Translations under genes and position numbers: made by a program
Source of the DNA: the human T2T-CHM13v2.0 reference genome, Homo sapiens
Direction: 5' to 3' (one strand)
DNA length: 64,000 nucleotides
Assembly: GCF_009914755.1 (NCBI RefSeq)
Contig: NC_060947.1
Notes under the pieces: generated by a model
The model's input: only the letters and a program-made list of their open reading frames with translations
Told to the model about the DNA's origin: nothing
Database searches by the model: none
In this document: piece by piece, positions 57,546 to 64,000 of the stretch
Position numbering within the stretch: the first letter of the stretch is position 1
Layout of the letters: each line of letters starts with the position of its first letter

Positions 57546-58435
57546 CAAATGGTATTTCTAGTTCTAGATCCCTGAGGAATCGCCACACTGACTTCCAGAA
57601 TGGTTGAACTAGTTTACAGTCCCACCAACAGTGTAAAAGTGTTCCTATTTCTCCACATCCTCTCCAGCACCTGTTGTTTCCTGACTTTTTAATGATTGCC
57701 ATTCTAACTGGTGTGAGATGGTATCTCATTGTGGTTTTGATTTGCATTTCTCTGATGGCCAGTGATGGTGAGCATTTTTTCATGTGTTTTTTGGCTACAT
57801 AAATTTCTTCTTTTGAGAAGTGTCTGTTCATGTACTTCACCCACTTTTTGATGGGGTTGTTTTTTTCTTGTAAATTTGCTAGAAATACCATTTGACCCAG
57901 CCATCCCATTACCGGGTATATACCCAAAGGACTATAAATCATGCTGCTATAAAGACACATGCACACGTATGTTTATTGTGGCACTATTCACAATAGCGAA
58001 GACTTGGAACCAACCCAAATGCCCAACAATGATAGACTGGATTAAGAACATGTGGCACATATACACCATGGAATACTATGTAGCCATAAAAAATGATGAG
58101 TTCATGTCCTTTGTAGGGACATGGATGAAATTGGAAATCATCATTCTCAGTAAACTATGGCAAGGACAAAAAACCAAACACCGCATGTTCTCACTCATAG
58201 GTGGGAATTGAACAATGAGAACACATGGACACAGGAAGGGGAACATCACACTCTGGGGACTGTTGTGGGGTGGGGGGAGGGGAGCGGGATAGCATTAGGA
58301 GATATACCTAATGTTAAATGACGAGTTAATGGGTGCAGCGCACCAGCATGGCACATGTATACATATGTAACTAACCTGCACATTGTGCACATGTACCCTA
58401 AAACTTAAAGTATAATAATGATAAAATAAAAAAGA
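57546..58435 (+). mobile_element. Young L1PA2/3, 5'-truncated with inversion (inverted 57546-57880, forward 57879-58435)
   Basis: TSD aagtgccaa at 57540-57548 and 58436-58444, preceded by TT (L1 EN site); ORF2 C-terminus 57876..58211; A-rich tail. Confidence 0.95.
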
Positions 58436-60534
58436 AAGTGCCAATATGTGGAGATATAAAGGAGACATAAAGTGTCTTATATGTGTAGGAGAGTTGGGAA
58501 GGTGATTACTTACTGCAGCCTGTGGCGTGGAGAGAAGAATTCATTGAGGATATGTGACCTTTTTGAACTTTGAAGTTTATTTGGATAATATGGGAAGCAC
58601 AGTGGAGGAAAATATTCTAATTGAAGCAGAGTAATTGTGTTGTGGAAAAGTAGAAAATTGACTTGAAACTCAGTAAATGTAAACGATAATACTAACGATT
58701 TACTAACATTTAAAATTTTTCAACCTATTGAGTTGGTAAGTATTAATAACTAAAGCCTTATTCTGTGGTTGTAAAAAGATTTCCTAGGCAACTAGACTGA
58801 CAGCTCTGACAGATTATACTGGTTATTTCAAAACCTTAACACCCTGCCTCTTTTTTGAACTGTGTATAAAGTTCTAGTTCACACAGTGAATTGGAAAAGA
58901 ACTATTAAGTGTTTAAAATTTGGTTCTGCCTCTTCTCTTTGTACAAATTGGCATGTAGAAGAATAGAAAAAATGAACAAGGTAATAGTTGGAAACATATC
59001 ATTGGTAACAAGAGACAAATCGAATTTTTTAGTTTAAAATACTCTAAACTTTGAAACTGCAAAATCTTTTGCACTTAAGTGAGCTATTTTTGCTCTCTGG
59101 CATACAATTTCCCTCTTCTGTTCCTGCTGAGCTTCAGAGACAGGTCAAAATAAATTTACAGTGATAAAATTAAGGGCTTAAACATGCTGTTCTTGTGTAT
59201 GTTCATAAAGGCTTTTCTTCTACCTACTTTATTTGCTATGGAGTTTCTAATACTCTTGACTTGGTTGGTAGCAAAGCCATTCTATCACATAAGGTACAAA
59301 ATTGTCACTTTGAAAGCCTAATAACTTTCTAAAGTATTACATCACAGACGATAGAGAATGAAATACTTTGTGGTTGTTAATGTCACTGAACATATGGAGT
59401 TAACCTATGCAAATGGAAACAACCCTCCTTTCTTCTTTAACTTTCCAGTCAAATAAAAACTTTTGCAAATTTTAGATGAAATCATGTTCTGAAATTTAAA
59501 TCATGTGCTTTCATTGGCATGGGAAAAACTACTGACCTCCTTTAAGTACATAAAGAAGGGTGCCTCATGTTATTTGAAGATATTTTGGGTTTGGTTTTTA
59601 ATGTGAGCCCTATGTGAACAAGGAACCTCGCCTGAGTGTGTTTTGAAAGTGGAGAGGGGTGCCAGATTCCAATTCTCCATTGGAGAGCTGGCAGGTTGCC
59701 CAACTCAATATCCTTCCACTGAGCAGAAAAATATTGATGTTCACAGAAGAAAAGAAATATGCATTTTAAGGTGTAAATAAAATGTGTCACTTTGTAAGCA
59801 TTTAAGGAGTAAGAGGAATGAGATATTCCAGCTTATATTGACACATTGACACCAGCCATGGTCAAAAAGAAGATAGAATGTCGTAAGGTTTACTTACCGT
59901 GTTTCGAATGTTATTACTGGAAGTATATAAAGACAAGCATTATTTAATTTTGCAAACAAAAGTGTATCTACCAACAAAACAGTCAAGTAAGGTTAAAATA
60001 TTTTATATTTACATTATATATATACATATTATGTGTATATTATATTGTATATGTGTGTGAATATATATGAGAGAGAGAAGACTTATTTGTCTTTTTTAGC
60101 TTTGTATTTTTTTATTATGGATTAATTTCATCCCCTCTGAAGTACTGACTCAGTGATTTGCAAAACTCAGAAAATAAAGGTAGGCAATTTCACAGAGTAT
60201 TTTGTTTGCCTGACCAGATACACAGAGATGATTGGAACAAGTTAAAACTGTTGCATACATATACTATCATAAGTCTCAATTATATTTCCTGCAATGTGTA
60301 AATTAGCCCAAGATGCCACATTGAAGTTCAACTATCCACAAACCCTTTAGACCTTGGCAATTAACAGTCTTGACAACACTGTGTCATTAAGCAAAACTGG
60401 GGCAGGTGGTGACTCTCAGTATACATTCAATATGCAGCATGAATGAGTGAAAATATTGTAGCTCTTTGGGAGCATCTTTTACAGTCATATTGAGCTTTAC
60501 TTGTCCATGAAGTTATTGCTTTTTCTTTTCATTT

Positions 60535-61170
60535 AATATTTTTAATTGATGTGTAATAATTGTACATATTTATGGGGTACAAAGTGATATTTTAATGTGT
60601 ATACAATGTATATGATCAATTTAGGGTAATTAACATATCCATCATCTCGAACATTTATCATTTCTCTGTGTTGAGCACATTTCAAATCCTCTCTTTTAGA
60701 TGTTTAAAAATATACAATAAATTATTTTTAACTATAGTCAGTGTTATAGAATACTTAACTTACTTCTACTATCTAAACTATAATTTAATATTTGTTAACC
60801 AGCCTCTCAATATTTCCCCTTTCCATTCCCCTTTCCATCTTTTAACAACCAGTACTCTACTCGCTACATCTATAGGCACTTTTTTTTTTTTTGCTACTAT
60901 CTATAAATGCATGTCTTTCTGTGCCTGGCTTATTTCATTCAACATAATGTCCTCCAGGCTTATCAATGTTTGCCCCAAATATCATTGTATTTGTATATCT
61001 TCTTTTGAGAAATGTCTCTTCAGATCATTTGCTCATTTTAAATCAGATTATTATTATTATTTTTTTTGCTGTTGAGTTCCTTGTATATTCTGTATATTAA
61101 ACCTTTGTCAGATATATAGTTTGTAGATATTTTCTTCCATTCTGTGGGTTGTCTCCTCACTCTGTTGATT
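60535..61170 (-). mobile_element. L1MA-type 3' end with internal deletion
   Basis: 'aataattgtacatatttatggggtac...ttagggtaattaacatatccatc', then jumps to ORF2 'tcttttgagaaatgtct'. Confidence 0.78.
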
Positions 61171-62119
61171 TGAGAGCATTGAAAAGTGATTCTATTAACA
61201 AATATTTTTAAGTTGATATGGAACTTTAAAAATGATGCAGTGATTAGAGAATCCATAAAGTAAGTCCCTTCTCCTGTCTTATGAATGATTGAGCTAATTC
61301 AGCATGCATATGCCTTTTTTTCTATGTGCCCACCATTCTATTTGATGCTCAATAAATACTTCTTGAATAAAGAATGAATGGATATTCTATTAGCTTCTTA
61401 AAGGAAGGAACCATGTCTTAAACATCTTTTGATCCTCAGAGACCAGAAGAATATTTGATACAAAGTAGACCATCAGCAAATGTTTAATCCACATGTATTC
61501 CAAAATAGAGAATAAATGTAAGAATATAACTTAAGCTTATCCTCCCTTATAAGCAAACCTCACACTGCAAAATACCTATTATCTTGAATTCTCAAATATC
61601 TGAGAAACTTCGGTTAGAGTTTAGCTATATGGTTAACATAACATTTCTATGTGAAATACAAAAATAGTAACAAAGGAAGCTTATAATACCCGAATAGCTT
61701 ATTTATTTATCTATCTATTTTTTACGTAGCTAGGGAAAAAGCGAAGCCTTGGAGGGCAAGTAGACATTGGTTTAAATCCTGGCTACATCCACCAAGCCAT
61801 AAACTGCAATCTGAGGTAAATTATTAAACTTTTCTGAATCTCTTTCCTTACATATAAAATGTGGCTAATAATATCCATCTCAGAAAATTAAATAAAAGAT
61901 ATAAAATTTCATTGTGTTATAAACAATTGGATAGAAAGCAGATAAAACAGAGTTTCTCAAATATTTTTTCTGAGTACTTTGCTTGATACTATCCATAATT
62001 TTGTGAGTATTGCTAAGATGTGCTTAACTAAAATTCAATTATCATCTGGAAAATGGATTTTGCTTTTCTGTAAGAATGCCTATACCATTGTCTAGAGACA
62101 AATTATAAGTTCAGGGATG

Positions 62120-62375
62120 GCACTATGTTTTAGTATTAAGATTATTGTGTTTGGAGGCAAAAGATCCATGTTAGAATCCTGGTTCATCTACATCCTAGCT
62201 CTGTGACTTTGGATAAGTAACTTCATCTCTCTGAGTTTTACATTCCACACCTTTAAAATAAGGATAATAAAACCTGCCTTACCTGCTTGTAAGGTTGATC
62301 TGAGAAACAAATGAGATAATGGATGTGAAAATACTTTGTAAAGTGCAAGCAGCATGAGTCTGCTAAGTATTTTTA
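62120..62375 (+). mobile_element. MIR SINE
   Basis: 'tagctctgtgactttggataagtaacttcatctctctgag...aatgagataatggatgtgaaa'. Confidence 0.78.
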
Positions 62376-63924
62376 TTATTGCTTTCTCTATGTTAGATTT
62401 GTCTTGGTAGTTATGTTAATTGATTTGTCAGAACTATTAGTGGTTAAGATAATTTATTGAGAATAATGACAAAAATTGCTTAGTAAACACATCATCAACA
62501 ATGATAAATTTTTATTTCAGTCTCTACTACAGAAATGATACATGCCCTTAAAAATTATATATATTTTTTATTTCCAAAGTCTCAAGATAGGAACAAAAAC
62601 AACTTCAATTAGTGCAGGTTAATATGCATACTGCAAGGGTGGTAACACATAGTGAGATACTGGATTAAGAGAAATACTGTAACTGCAAATGTATCAGAGT
62701 GTTTCCCATTGACAATAAGGATTTTTCACGATCTCATCTGTTTCTTAGGCTAAGAAAGGCACTGAGTCAGATTTTCCCCTGCCATTAAACTTCCGTGTTA
62801 ATATTTTATTAAATGGAATTGTAGTAGTTCCAAAATGTCAATATAAATAGCTTACTCTCAGGGAGTAGACTTTCTACTGGGAGAATCTGGCTAGTTCATT
62901 CACAATAAGAATACTTCAAGAATTAACCATTAAAATGTTTCATGAAGCATTTATGCACATGTATAACCATTGAGAAATGTCATACATAATGTCTTCAAAC
63001 TTCAGCAATTTGTAAAAAAATCGAAGTATTAGTTCAAAATAGTTGTCGAACCAAAGAACCTTAATTTTGCGTATTGTTTGGCATAAATTGCTAGCACAAA
63101 GCCTCAGTTCATACTAAAATTTGAAATGATGTTTTGTTGCCAAGTAACATTATTTTTCTGATGACAGTTGCGTAAATGGTGGTTGTGGGGAGAAATGGAG
63201 TTTACAAAGGGATGGAACATGGTTAGTAATAGAGACATTTAATCAGTAAACTCTTACAACGAATAATTGAAAAATAAATCCTTATCTGTTGTAATAAGAC
63301 TCTATATGTAGATGTGGGATTTGTGTGGGTGACAGAAAGATTGAAATCACTGGAAGCTTTCAGCCATGAAGGAGTTGTACATTGTGAACATTCAAATCAA
63401 GATCTTTCATCCACAGCAGAATGGCTTGTTACTTTGCACAAAGAACAATAAACTGGCACATAAGCAAAGTGAGTAATTTTTTTAAAGCACACTACTGCAT
63501 GTATAACAATCATCACAACATATCTGTCAAGCACATCATGTATAAATACAAAGGGGATTTTAAAATAAATCTTTAAGCCAGAAAAGCAGGCTATGATGGT
63601 GATTCAGTGGTCTTTGCCTTATACTTGGGAAGTCAAATGGGTCCAAGAAATAGGTAATAAGAAAGACTGAAAAAATTACCTTGTACAAATTACTGTCCTT
63701 GTGGTGAACATGCAAAATGAAAAATATTACTGAAAGATGACTGCGTTTATTTACTGGGAGGAACAAAAGATTTGGGAGTTAGAATTTTTGAAAATCATTT
63801 TTCATCTTAATGAAGAGGCCTTGCTGATAATCAGTATGTGACACGCATACATTTTATTTTCTGTGGCTCTAAATGACTTACAGCTAATGGTACAAACAAA
63901 AATATATTTGATAAAACATGATAA

Positions 63925-64000
63925 TTTTCTTTTTTTTGTTATACTTTAAGTTTTAGGGTACATGTGCACATTGTGCAGGTTAGTTACATATGTATACATG
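63925..64000 (-). mobile_element. 3' end of a young L1 (L1PA2/L1HS-like), runs off the window
   Basis: T-tail then 'ttatactttaagttttagggtacatgtgcacattgtgcaggttagttac'. Confidence 0.9.

Overview
Primate (most likely human, Xq25) genomic DNA, AT-rich and very dense in LINE-1. There is one real gene: an intronless 463-aa WD40 CRL4 substrate receptor on the minus strand (43240-44631) that I recognise as the retrogene DCAF12L2. It sits in a CpG island with 5' leader (CCG)n tracts and a ~1 kb 3' UTR. The rest is nested retroelements: old L1M/L1PB, a full-length L1PA8-10-like element, young L1PA2/3 copies, THE1/MST/MLT1 MaLR LTRs, a Tigger2-family DNA transposon, one AluJ, L2 and MIR. Subfamily names come from memory of consensus sequences and boundaries are approximate unless a TSD is given. 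I see no evidence of a wholly new multi-gene system. The best leads are: (1) in-frame ACG codons that could add an Arg-rich/poly-Ala N-terminal extension to DCAF12L2 through its GCC repeat; (2) two young L1 copies flanking the gene that share unusual variants; (3) a twin-primed L1 that leaves a stand-alone intact endonuclease ORF; (4) a probable ancient L1 3' transduction.
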